From the IMG/VR virus record IMGVR_UViG_3300035564_000113, positions 1 through 51,934 of that record: a stretch of DNA of 51,934 nt; one strand, given 5' to 3'. Made by a program: the position numbers and the translations under genes. Shown one piece after another: positions 38,038-45,416 of this stretch; position 1 is the stretch's first letter; each line of letters opens with the position of its first letter. The notes under the pieces are model-generated. The model saw only the letters and a program-made list of their open reading frames with translations. It made no database searches and was not told where the DNA came from. This DNA is from a virus. Its lineage: Duplodnaviria; Caudoviricetes.

Positions 38038-38741
38038 TCGACCCGCTAGTAGGCATCAGGCTCGTGCAGGAAGCCTACGCCACGGCCTTTTTGGCTACTG
38101 GCGTGATACCTGACCTGTCTCGCTACGGTTTGGCCGCACAGGGCACCATTTACGGGCCGGAAGGCGACTTCTCGGTTCCGTATGGCTTCCTGCTGGAAGT
38201 GATGGCCAACGGCGATCAGGTGATAGTGCTTCGCGGCACGAACTCGATTTGGGAATGGCTGGAAGATGGCCAGATTCACATGCACACGAACCCTTGGGGG
38301 CCGGGGCTGGTGCATGGCGGGTTCTCAGACATCTGTGGGGCGCTTGGGATAGGTCAGCAGCGCACGCCAATCATCGACGCCATCACGAACCTCTCGCGGC
38401 TGACCATCGTGGGGCATAGTTTGGGCGCTGCGGTTGGCCGGCAGCTCTGCGCCAAGCTGGGCCACGTCGGCGCGATCTACACTTGGGGGGAGCCGCGTTC
38501 CTGCAATGGCGATGCCGCTGGCTACGCGCTCAACTGCGCCACCGTCTCGCGCCGTGCCCGCAACCCACGCGATCTTGTTCCGAAAGTGCCGGTGTTCGAC
38601 CCTTGCCGCCTCTTCGATGGCTACCGCCACGCTGGCGACCCCATCCTGCTTGCCGCAGTAGGTTCAGACCCCATTGACGCCCACTCTGTAACGACGTACA
38701 TTAGCCTCGAATGCCCTTCACCATGCCCGACGAAGACCTAA
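38034..38741 (+). CDS. Lipase class 3 (alpha/beta hydrolase)
   Basis: IVLRGT, VHGGF, GHSLG, YTWGEPR, DLVPKVP, DAHS. Confidence 0.92.
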   Translation: MIDPLVGIRLVQEAYATAFLATGVIPDLSRYGLAAQGTIYGPEGDFSVPYGFLLEVMANGDQVIVLRGTNSIWEWLEDGQIHMHTNPWGPGLVHGGFSDICGALGIGQQRTPIIDAITNLSRLTIVGHSLGAAVGRQLCAKLGHVGAIYTWGEPRSCNGDAAGYALNCATVSRRARNPRDLVPKVPVFDPCRLFDGYRHAGDPILLAAVGSDPIDAHSVTTYISLECPSPCPTKT

Positions 38742-39079
38742 ACCGCCTGCGTACCGTTCTCGAAGAAGCCGGCAAGTTCTCCGACACGATCAGCAAAATC
38801 CTCAACGCGGCCCGCGTGCTTGGCGCTATCGTGGTGGTCTGCGTTGGCGGCTGCATTACCTCGATTCTGTGGGTGAACGCGAAAGCCGCTTCCATCGACA
38901 AGCTCGAAGCGTGGACCGCCCAAGCCGACCTTGACCGCAAGGAGATGATCAAAGAGTGGACCATGTGGCGCAGCGACATCGAAAAAGTCTTGGCCAAACT
39001 CTCCACGAATCAGGAGATGGTTATCCGACTACAGGGGCAACAGGCCGATCTCATCGCGCGCCATCTGGATAAACCGTAG
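38711..39079 (+). CDS. Single-TM coiled-coil membrane protein
   Basis: One TM segment followed by a coiled coil. Confidence 0.65.
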   Translation: MPFTMPDEDLNRLRTVLEEAGKFSDTISKILNAARVLGAIVVVCVGGCITSILWVNAKAASIDKLEAWTAQADLDRKEMIKEWTMWRSDIEKVLAKLSTNQEMVIRLQGQQADLIARHLDKP

Positions 39080-39118
39080 TTGCTGCGGTTGCTGCTAAAT
39101 CGCGGCGGCGTGTTTGCG

Positions 39119-39147
39119 GTCGCTGATAACTATTTCTTATCATCGAC
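39119..39147. other. 11-7-11 inverted repeat, dif / tyrosine-recombinase-site-like
   Basis: GTCGCTGATAA-ctatttc-TTATCATCGAC. Confidence 0.45.
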
Positions 39148-39213
39148 AGGATTGCTCAATGAGTGGTTAGGTTGGTCAGGGGATTGCGGCGCAGAGGCAG
39201 TGAGAGGCGCGTC

Positions 39214-39233
39214 GGTCATCTTAGGTGTTCGGC
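39214..39233 (+). mobile_element. attC-like right half-site
   Basis: GGTC-atcttaggt-GTTCGGC, same 9-nt spacer sequence as site A. Confidence 0.55.
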
Positions 39234-39234
39234 A

Positions 39235-39405
39235 CTAGCGTTTTCTCCAATCATAAACGATGTTGTTTATCGCTCGGTCTATAGCTCTCCACTGTTTATT
39301 CGCGCGAGTAGCACATTTCGATTTTGCCGAACCAGACGCCCGAGCCAACGGCGCGGAAACGTCCGTCCGGCTGGCCTTAGTGGTGAGTGTCGCGCCGTGG
39401 CTCAT
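39235..39405 (-). CDS. Cassette 1 ORF, 56 aa (not in ORF track)
   Basis: MSHGATLTTK...VYDWRKR; ATG lies in the right arm of site A. Confidence 0.45.
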   Translation of the reverse strand: MSHGATLTTKASRTDVSAPLARASGSAKSKCATRANKQWRAIDRAINNIVYDWRKR

Positions 39406-39418
39406 CTTAGGTTTAGGC
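39326..39418 (+). mobile_element. attC-like site A
   Basis: GCCGAAC-N9-GAGCCAACGGCGCG...CGCGCCGTGGCTC-N9-TTAGGC (G of GTT missing); one unpaired base. Confidence 0.75.
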
Positions 39419-39727
39419 TTGCCTGAGTGTTTCGTTTATGTTCACGCGAATTGGCGATTTCTTCCCCACTCCGCAGGTGGCTAGTGCGGCATCGGCTCGC
39501 ACGAGCATTTCTATGAGGCGCTGGATTTTCAGCGCGTCGGATGCTTGCCACGCAATGAGGTTGGAATACCCATCTCGGAGCCGGGCTATTTCCGCCATGC
39601 GTTTTTGCGCGAGGTCATGCCAGTACTTTCCGTGCTCGGAAGGAGACAAAAATCGCCTAACCAAGCGTCCAGAGCCAACGGCACTGACGTGCCGTTGGGC
39701 GGTAGTCTTCTTTCTTTTCGTTGACAT
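39413..39727 (-). CDS. Cassette 2 ORF, hypothetical coiled-coil protein
   Basis: MSTKRKK start inside site B; TAA stop is the TTA of the site A core. Confidence 0.65.
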   Translation of the reverse strand: MSTKRKKTTAQRHVSAVGSGRLVRRFLSPSEHGKYWHDLAQKRMAEIARLRDGYSNLIAWQASDALKIQRLIEMLVRADAALATCGVGKKSPIRVNINETLRQA

Positions 39728-39768
39728 AGAATTGTCCTCAGTGCCGCGGCTCATACGCGGCGTTCGAT
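39655..39768 (+). mobile_element. attC-like site B
   Basis: GCCTAAC-N10-GAGCCAACGGCACTGA...TCAGTGCCGCGGCTC-N9-GTTCGAT. Confidence 0.8.
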
Positions 39769-39965
39769 TTGTCCACGAGCCGTAGGAGTTCGTCGCGGCA
39801 GTACAGAAGATTGGCGGTATCTCCGAGGGTCTGGTGATACCGATTAAGCCAAGTCTCTGCGAGGTATTCGAGTTCCCGGTGCAGCGCCGAAATCGAACCA
39901 GTCGCCACAGCGCAATTCGCACGCTGGGCCTCGGGGGCGGATACAGAGTCAGGGAGAGTGCTCAT
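39738..39965 (-). CDS. Cassette 3 ORF, hypothetical
   Basis: MSTLPDS start in the site C arm; TGA stop in the site B arm. Confidence 0.65.
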   Translation of the reverse strand: MSTLPDSVSAPEAQRANCAVATGSISALHRELEYLAETWLNRYHQTLGDTANLLYCRDELLRLVDKSNAAYEPRH

Positions 39966-39986
39966 GGCTGGTCTTTCAAGTTCGAC
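39892..39986 (+). mobile_element. attC-like site C
   Basis: ATCGAAC-N9-CAGCGCAATTCGCAC...GTGCTCATGGCTG-N9-GTTCGAC; imperfect stem. Confidence 0.65.
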
Positions 39987-40201
39987 GTGAAGGCGGACGC
40001 TGGCACCCACACGACGATGCCCACGTAATCAGCGGCTTTCCCGGCCATCACGCTGCGGGCGAGTTGCGAGGCTACTTCGGGTTCGGTCGAAAATGTGACT
40101 TCCGCGTGGGTTTTCTTTTGTTCCATTGCCACGAAAGAGCCGTCGAGTCGTTGATGTTTTAGGCCGTTTCCGGCGCGTTGCAGTAGTTCAATGAGTCTCA
40201 T
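39962..40201 (-). CDS. Hypothetical protein
   Basis: ATGA overlaps; ends within site C. Confidence 0.65.
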   Translation of the reverse strand: MRLIELLQRAGNGLKHQRLDGSFVAMEQKKTHAEVTFSTEPEVASQLARSVMAGKAADYVGIVVWVPASAFTSNLKDQP

Positions 40202-40449
40202 GGTTTTCTTTCGATGAATTTGCCTTTCTTGGCTCGGAGCTGGTGGATGACCCAGCGTTCGTCAACACTCAGGATCACCTTCTCGTACCCCATCCTTCTG
40301 AGGATGGTGTAGACGTAGGTTTCGGCGACGCGCAACTCAGCGGCGATGTCCTTGACTTCGCGTGACTCTGCGATGCCGCGCACGCAGGCGTTTTTTAGCG
40401 CGTCGGTTTCTGCGGGTGTGCGCTTGTGCTGGCCGGGGCGGATTTTCAT
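40198..40449 (-). CDS. HTH DNA-binding protein
   Basis: EVKDIAAELRVAETYVYTILRRMG. Confidence 0.7.
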   Translation of the reverse strand: MKIRPGQHKRTPAETDALKNACVRGIAESREVKDIAAELRVAETYVYTILRRMGYEKVILSVDERWVIHQLRAKKGKFIERKP

Positions 40450-40453
40450 GGGA

Positions 40454-40894
40454 TTAATAGTCGCCATCTTGCCAGTTGAGTTTGGCATCTTTCCATTGCG
40501 CGGCTCCTCCAAGTGAGTTGAAAAGCGCACGAGCTTTTGCCGCAAGTTTGATTGCCTTGTTTCGTTTTAGCTTATCGGCCTTACAGTCTTTCTCATATCG
40601 AGCCGTGACTTCTTCCCGATAGCCCTTGCAATGGCCAAACTGACGGTTCCAATCGTCCGTTGTCAGTTTCTTCATGGCCTCAACTCGGAAAGCGTCGTTG
40701 CCAATTTCCGCTTCGCTTTTCACGCCACGAATTGGAGCCATTCCAGCAATGATCTTTTCGAGGCCAACGATAGCGGTTACTGCGCTCTGCCCCTCGGGAA
40801 TTTCTACGGTCAAGTCATAGCGCACATTCTCGTAGTTGCCGAGGTTGTAGAGACGCCCGACGGTGATTCTGCTGATGCGTGCTTGTTTTTTCAT
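40454..40894 (-). CDS. Hypothetical protein
   Basis: GRLYNLGNYENVRYDL, a motif common in phage proteins. Confidence 0.65.
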   Translation of the reverse strand: MKKQARISRITVGRLYNLGNYENVRYDLTVEIPEGQSAVTAIVGLEKIIAGMAPIRGVKSEAEIGNDAFRVEAMKKLTTDDWNRQFGHCKGYREEVTARYEKDCKADKLKRNKAIKLAAKARALFNSLGGAAQWKDAKLNWQDGDY

Positions 40895-41406
40895 GTGATT
40901 GCAGTGGTTGTTGGTTGAAATCTTCGGGAGCGTAGTTCGTCCCACGCTTCGCGGTCGAATACCGGGTCCGATGACATATCAATCGGCGATGCTTCGTGGT
41001 AGTCTTCGATCCACGCTTGGCGCTCTTTCTTCCAACTGAATCCATCGTCGTTCACGCAGATTGCGTCTGCCTCGGGCTCGGTTGCCTGCCGCAAAGCGGA
41101 TAAGATACAGGCAGGACAGTTATGCGCCACAATACGAAGGGTGTCTATTTTACGCTCGATCTCTTTTGGAATGCCTTCGCCAGAATCTCCAAGGGTGAAC
41201 GCTTCATATCCGGGTCTGTCGCCGTACTTGATCGCGGCGATTAGGTCAGCCATCGGAGCCTGCTTGTCGCCGACCGCTGCGCACATGCGGCAAACACGAT
41301 TCGGGTTCTTCGTGCAATGAATCTCGTGCTTCGCAATCGCACCGCCCGAGCAGTTCGCCTTCCCGCAGAAGTCGCATTTGTAGCGCCAAGTCTGGTATCG
41401 TTTCAT
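40891..41406 (-). CDS. Zn-finger protein
   Basis: YKCDFCGK...HEIHC..NP..CRMC, CPAC. Confidence 0.7.
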   Translation of the reverse strand: MKRYQTWRYKCDFCGKANCSGGAIAKHEIHCTKNPNRVCRMCAAVGDKQAPMADLIAAIKYGDRPGYEAFTLGDSGEGIPKEIERKIDTLRIVAHNCPACILSALRQATEPEADAICVNDDGFSWKKERQAWIEDYHEASPIDMSSDPVFDREAWDELRSRRFQPTTTAIT

Positions 41407-42005
41407 GGGATTAGTTTCAGGATTTCAGGTCTGAGAAGTGGCGAAACGTCGAACCACGCGACCGTAGCGAAGTCGCACGGGTTTCCCCAGTCTGCGGCGT
41501 CAGGATAACGCTTGCGGGCGACCTCGCGCCAGCCGGTGGGAGGCTCTTGGTAAATATCCATCTTGGCTGTGCGCGTGCGCTCCGTGCGCTGGGTGGCAAT
41601 TTCGTGCCAATGAGCCGCGACCGCCATCGGGCCGCAGTTGTCGAATTTCTTGCGCACGTAGCGGCAACCGCGCTCCAAATCTTCGGCGGTCACGGTCGGG
41701 TCAACCTCGCGGATTTCAGCCAGCGCCTTGCCAATCGTTCCGGCGGCGGCTCGGGTGATCTTGCCGTTGTGCCCGAATCCGGCTGCTATGGCGTCGAAAA
41801 GCACATTGCGACCGTTCACTGCTCTGGCCTTCTTCGGCATTTCCTTGGCCAAGGCGGGGCGCAAAGCGGCGAGCAGGGCATCTTCCGTCAGCTTGTACGC
41901 CGGGTTACCCTGGCGGGCCGCCATCACGGCAGCCCAGCACGCCCGGGCGACGCGCGTAGCGGCGTCTTCGGGCGGCATTCCGGGGAGCTGGGGTGTCGCG
42001 ATCAT
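41403..42005 (-). CDS. Hypothetical protein (possibly replication-related)
   Basis: Trimmed to MIATPQL; ATGA overlaps. Confidence 0.55.
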   Translation of the reverse strand: MIATPQLPGMPPEDAATRVARACWAAVMAARQGNPAYKLTEDALLAALRPALAKEMPKKARAVNGRNVLFDAIAAGFGHNGKITRAAAGTIGKALAEIREVDPTVTAEDLERGCRYVRKKFDNCGPMAVAAHWHEIATQRTERTRTAKMDIYQEPPTGWREVARKRYPDAADWGNPCDFATVAWFDVSPLLRPEILKLIP

Positions 42006-42883
42006 ACTCCGCACATCCCCTCGCATTCGTTGCCAAACATCACCTGCTGTCCGTTGTCCTCGTCGGTAGATAGGTCTACCTCGTTTAATGGCTTGCAAGA
42101 TCGGTGCAAAAACAGTTGCGAGGTTCGCGAAAGATTCAGCGCCTTCTCGAATTGCAGCGCCTTCTCGAATTGCAGCGCCTTCTCGAATTGCAGCGCCTTC
42201 TCGAATTGCAGCGCCTTCTCGAATTGCAGCGCCTTCTCGAATTCAGTCGGCTCGAAATCCCGCAACCGACGCCATTCCTTATCCGAATGGAATGGGCAAT
42301 AACGGCACGCCGAGCGCGGGGGCGTTGGGAACTTGTGCGCAGCCATCCATCGAAGGCAATCATGCCGTGTCATGTTCGCGTCGATCAACGGCCAATGGGT
42401 TTTCAGATAGGCGTGCCGAGATGGCTTCATCCTCGAAATTTCATCGAGCGTTATCCCGATCCATTGAATTGCTATCACGGTTTTACCGCCTCGTTTCACT
42501 CCGGCGAGCTCTTTTATTTTTCGTTGAATCGGGACCAACTTAAAGTCTCTCGTGCAGGCGCGATTTTGAACCATCGCCTTCGTGCCATCGGAGGATAGGG
42601 TGAACGCAGGGAACGAAGTCTTGTTGAACATTGAGCCCTTTTTGCTCTTTCTGAGCGTCAGGATGGACTTCCCAAGGCTTCCCGCCGTCACCCGATAGAC
42701 CGGGTATGGGAGTTGTTTTTCAAGCCAGTCAAGCCAAGTGTAGACGCTCGCCGGCTCGTCTTGCGTGTCGGCAAAGATCGCGGCGGTCGGCATTGGCGTT
42801 ATCTCGCCGCACGCCGCCATAAGCGCCATCGTGGATGACTGTACGCCTGCCCCAAGGGAAATTACGTGAATAGGATCGCTCAT
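42002..42883 (-). CDS. PAPS-reductase-like (PP-loop) protein
   Basis: SLGAGVQSS, FADT, SACRYCPFH, C-terminal ECEGMCGV. Confidence 0.8.
   Translation of the reverse strand: MSDPIHVISLGAGVQSSTMALMAACGEITPMPTAAIFADTQDEPASVYTWLDWLEKQLPYPVYRVTAGSLGKSILTLRKSKKGSMFNKTSFPAFTLSSDGTKAMVQNRACTRDFKLVPIQRKIKELAGVKRGGKTVIAIQWIGITLDEISRMKPSRHAYLKTHWPLIDANMTRHDCLRWMAAHKFPTPPRSACRYCPFHSDKEWRRLRDFEPTEFEKALQFEKALQFEKALQFEKALQFEKALQFEKALNLSRTSQLFLHRSCKPLNEVDLSTDEDNGQQVMFGNECEGMCGV
42137..42243. repeat. 18-bp perfect tandem repeat, ~6 copies
   Basis: CAGCGCCTTCTCGAATTG x6 (last copy lacks 1 nt), encoding FEKALQ. Confidence 0.97.
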
Positions 42884-43368
42884 GACGGGTTAGCGGTCGC
42901 AGCCGCCTTTGCGTGTTCGGCGAGAGAGATTATTTCCACGACCGCGCCGGGATTCGGACCATAGGTCTTCCCAGCGAACAGCGAGCAGACCTGCGAATCG
43001 TCGCGCCAGAAGGTGCCGAGCTGGGTGAGCGCGTCGAGTACCGCCTTGGCCAGATTATCGGAATCCGGTTTCGATGTGTGGTAGGTCGGCGCGTCGCCGC
43101 GCAATTCCTTCGCGGGATTGCTGGATCGGAAATGGGAGTTGGGCCGGCGGAAGACGAAGGCGATGCGCACCTGCACCGGCCCGGCGAGGGGCCTAGCGGG
43201 CGCGTGCGGCTTTGCGGCGAGCACGACTTGCGCCTTCCATCCCTCGGCGGTGCCAGAGTCGAACACGCGAGCCGAGTATTTGCCGTCCGGCATCCGCATC
43301 GCGAAGGCGCGCGGGCGCGGCTGGCCCTTCGGATCGCCGGAAACAGTGAAGCTATAAAGTTCGTTCAT
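42880..43368 (-). CDS. rusA: RusA-family Holliday junction resolvase
   Basis: GDPKGQPRPR, KPDSDNLAKAVLDAL...WRDDSQV. Confidence 0.92.
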   Translation of the reverse strand: MNELYSFTVSGDPKGQPRPRAFAMRMPDGKYSARVFDSGTAEGWKAQVVLAAKPHAPARPLAGPVQVRIAFVFRRPNSHFRSSNPAKELRGDAPTYHTSKPDSDNLAKAVLDALTQLGTFWRDDSQVCSLFAGKTYGPNPGAVVEIISLAEHAKAAATANPS

Positions 43369-43835
43369 GTTATCCTTTCGTGGGCCAAGAGTTCGTCGAG
43401 ACGTTGCATCACTTCTTCGCGTGTGAGCTGTTTTCCTTCGTATTTCGCCGCGTAGAAGCCGGCAACGTAGGGTTTGATCCAATCCGAATGCTCTAGCATG
43501 TATGGTTGCTGCGGATTGACGTGTCCCTGTATCCGAAGATGACACCGCTGGCAGAGCGCGAGCAGGTTCCACCATGCGCAATTCGACTTGTTACCGTCGA
43601 AATGATGCACGGTGAGAATGCGCCATTGCGCCTCTGGAAACCCGAGCCAAAAGCGAACTGGCCCGTCATTGTGGGTGCAATGCTCATCGCAGCGTGTCCA
43701 CTCGCCCTTGCCGTGCGTGCCCTTCGTGTAGGGATGCCCGCACCGAATGCACCGATGGCCAACGCTCGCGCAGACGGCGGCGTTAATCTCCGGCCAGTCG
43801 GGCGGGTATTCTCCGGGTGTGTGCAGGCGTGGCAT
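43365..43835 (-). CDS. HNH endonuclease
   Basis: YPPDW, CIRCG, LTVHHFDGNKSN...NLLALCQRCH. Confidence 0.88.
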   Translation of the reverse strand: MPRLHTPGEYPPDWPEINAAVCASVGHRCIRCGHPYTKGTHGKGEWTRCDEHCTHNDGPVRFWLGFPEAQWRILTVHHFDGNKSNCAWWNLLALCQRCHLRIQGHVNPQQPYMLEHSDWIKPYVAGFYAAKYEGKQLTREEVMQRLDELLAHERIT

Positions 43836-43888
43836 GGTGAAAATTAATTGGCCGGATTACGCGCCGGCCCGCGTCGTTGTGTTGTCGG

Positions 43889-44443
43889 TCACTCTTCGCT
43901 GTCAACCGTGCCCTCGTCGGCCGGAACGCCGACCGTTCCGGGAGAAGCCTTGATCTTGCTCGCCTCGTCTTCTGTGATGACCGGATTGGGCAGCGCGGCG
44001 CCGAGTTGGATGATCTCGCCGACGCGGGCGACCTGCGGAGACTCCAGTGCAAGTTCGTCCTGCATCTCGGCTTGGCTCATTTCCTCTTCGCCGATGACTT
44101 CGTGCGTGTCGAGCCGGGTGAGACGTTTCACGCCGGTCTTGGGCGTGTGGTACTGAACCAATACCTGCGTGTTGCGATACTCGAAACCCGAATTGACCTT
44201 GCCGGCGTGCTCGGTCAGGCGCGATTGGATGCCGTCGCATTTGGCCTTGAGCTGACTCGTGACAGCCTTCTTGTCTTCTTCCGCTTGGTTGAGTTCGCGG
44301 CTGGCCTCGGCGAGTTTCTTCGCGATTTCGACGATTTCGGGGATCGTGAAGGTGTGCCGTAGTTGCATTTCGATCTTGCGATCCGGCTTCGTGGGCTTGG
44401 CCGGCACGGTAGTTTTCTTGGGCGATGCTTTCTTGCTACTCAT
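43889..44443 (-). CDS. Hypothetical coiled-coil protein
   Basis: MSSKKASP start. Confidence 0.7.
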   Translation of the reverse strand: MSSKKASPKKTTVPAKPTKPDRKIEMQLRHTFTIPEIVEIAKKLAEASRELNQAEEDKKAVTSQLKAKCDGIQSRLTEHAGKVNSGFEYRNTQVLVQYHTPKTGVKRLTRLDTHEVIGEEEMSQAEMQDELALESPQVARVGEIIQLGAALPNPVITEDEASKIKASPGTVGVPADEGTVDSEE

Positions 44444-44492
44444 GGATGTATGTTTTCGGTGGATTGACGGTTTGGATGCAGACAAAATGAGC

Positions 44493-44711
44493 CTAGTCTC
44501 GGCGGTGCGGCAGGGCGTTCAGCGCATCCTTGCGCTTGCCGATGGTCAGCCAGTGGTAAACGGCGCCGTCTTCCTGCGCGTGTGTTGCGCTGGGGAGGCG
44601 TTGCTTCACGCCGTTGGCGCCGAGCCGCACGAGCAACGCGGCTTCTTTTATGGTGCCGGCTTCAAGCATAACCGAGAAGTCGTGCGCCCGTTCCATTACG
44701 TGAACTTTCAT
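44493..44711 (-). CDS. Hypothetical protein
   Basis: ATCCCATG start. Confidence 0.6.
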   Translation of the reverse strand: MKVHVMERAHDFSVMLEAGTIKEAALLVRLGANGVKQRLPSATHAQEDGAVYHWLTIGKRKDALNALPHRRD

Positions 44712-44723
44712 GGGATATTTGGG

Positions 44724-45416
44724 TTAGTCTGGAATCTTGCCCGTCGCCTCGTACTCCGCCTTCTGCGCCTCGTAGGCCGCTCGCTTCGGAGCGTCGGCGG
44801 CTTCTTTCAGCGCCATCACCTTTGCGTAGGCCGCATCGAACGTCGCCAGAAAGCCGTTTAGCGCCGCTTGCAGCGCGGCCATTATTTTCTCGTCGCGCTC
44901 GATCCGCAGCAGCAGCGGGGGGAACTGGCGCGAGTAACTAAGGAAATACCACCACTTGCGGTCGGTCACGAGCATGGAGCCATAGACCTGCGCACGGTAC
45001 TGCGGCGGCAGCTCGCCGTTCACGAGATAGCGCAGGTGCGTGTCTGGCTGCGGACACTTTGCCTCGATGCCGCCGTCAGTCCCGATGAGCCCGTCCGGCG
45101 AGCAACCAATGCGCCCGTCGTCCGTCGTTACGAATCCCACGCGGTCAATCTGAATGTCTCGCGTGAACATTACGAATGGAAGCGCCTCGCCCTCCAGAAT
45201 CGAGCCCTGCCCCATTTCCCAAGAGCCGCCGCCCGTTTGCAGCGGGACGCCCATGCACCGCTCTGCCAGCTTGCGGTAAAGGTACGTCTCTGGCGTCTGG
45301 CCGGTGCGCAGCTTCCACTCTGGCGTCACAAGGTTATCAAATTCGCTGGCGGTCGGAATACCGGCGCGAGCCTTGAGCCATTCCGGCGTTCCCTGTGTGC
45401 AAGAAATCGTTTTCAT
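44724..45416 (-). CDS. YqaJ / lambda-exonuclease family protein
   Basis: QGTPEWLKARAG.PTAS, GCSPDGL, EAKCP, YRAQV. Confidence 0.93.
   Translation of the reverse strand: MKTISCTQGTPEWLKARAGIPTASEFDNLVTPEWKLRTGQTPETYLYRKLAERCMGVPLQTGGGSWEMGQGSILEGEALPFVMFTRDIQIDRVGFVTTDDGRIGCSPDGLIGTDGGIEAKCPQPDTHLRYLVNGELPPQYRAQVYGSMLVTDRKWWYFLSYSRQFPPLLLRIERDEKIMAALQAALNGFLATFDAAYAKVMALKEAADAPKRAAYEAQKAEYEATGKIPD

Noticed and set aside
41446-41454. ACGTCGAAC, complementary to the site C core GTTCGACGT, as the end of a fourth cassette
   Set aside because: No partner stem or downstream core found; it lies inside a CDS and may be chance
42137-42243. CRISPR or iteron array
   Set aside because: No spacers; in-frame tandem repeat within a CDS
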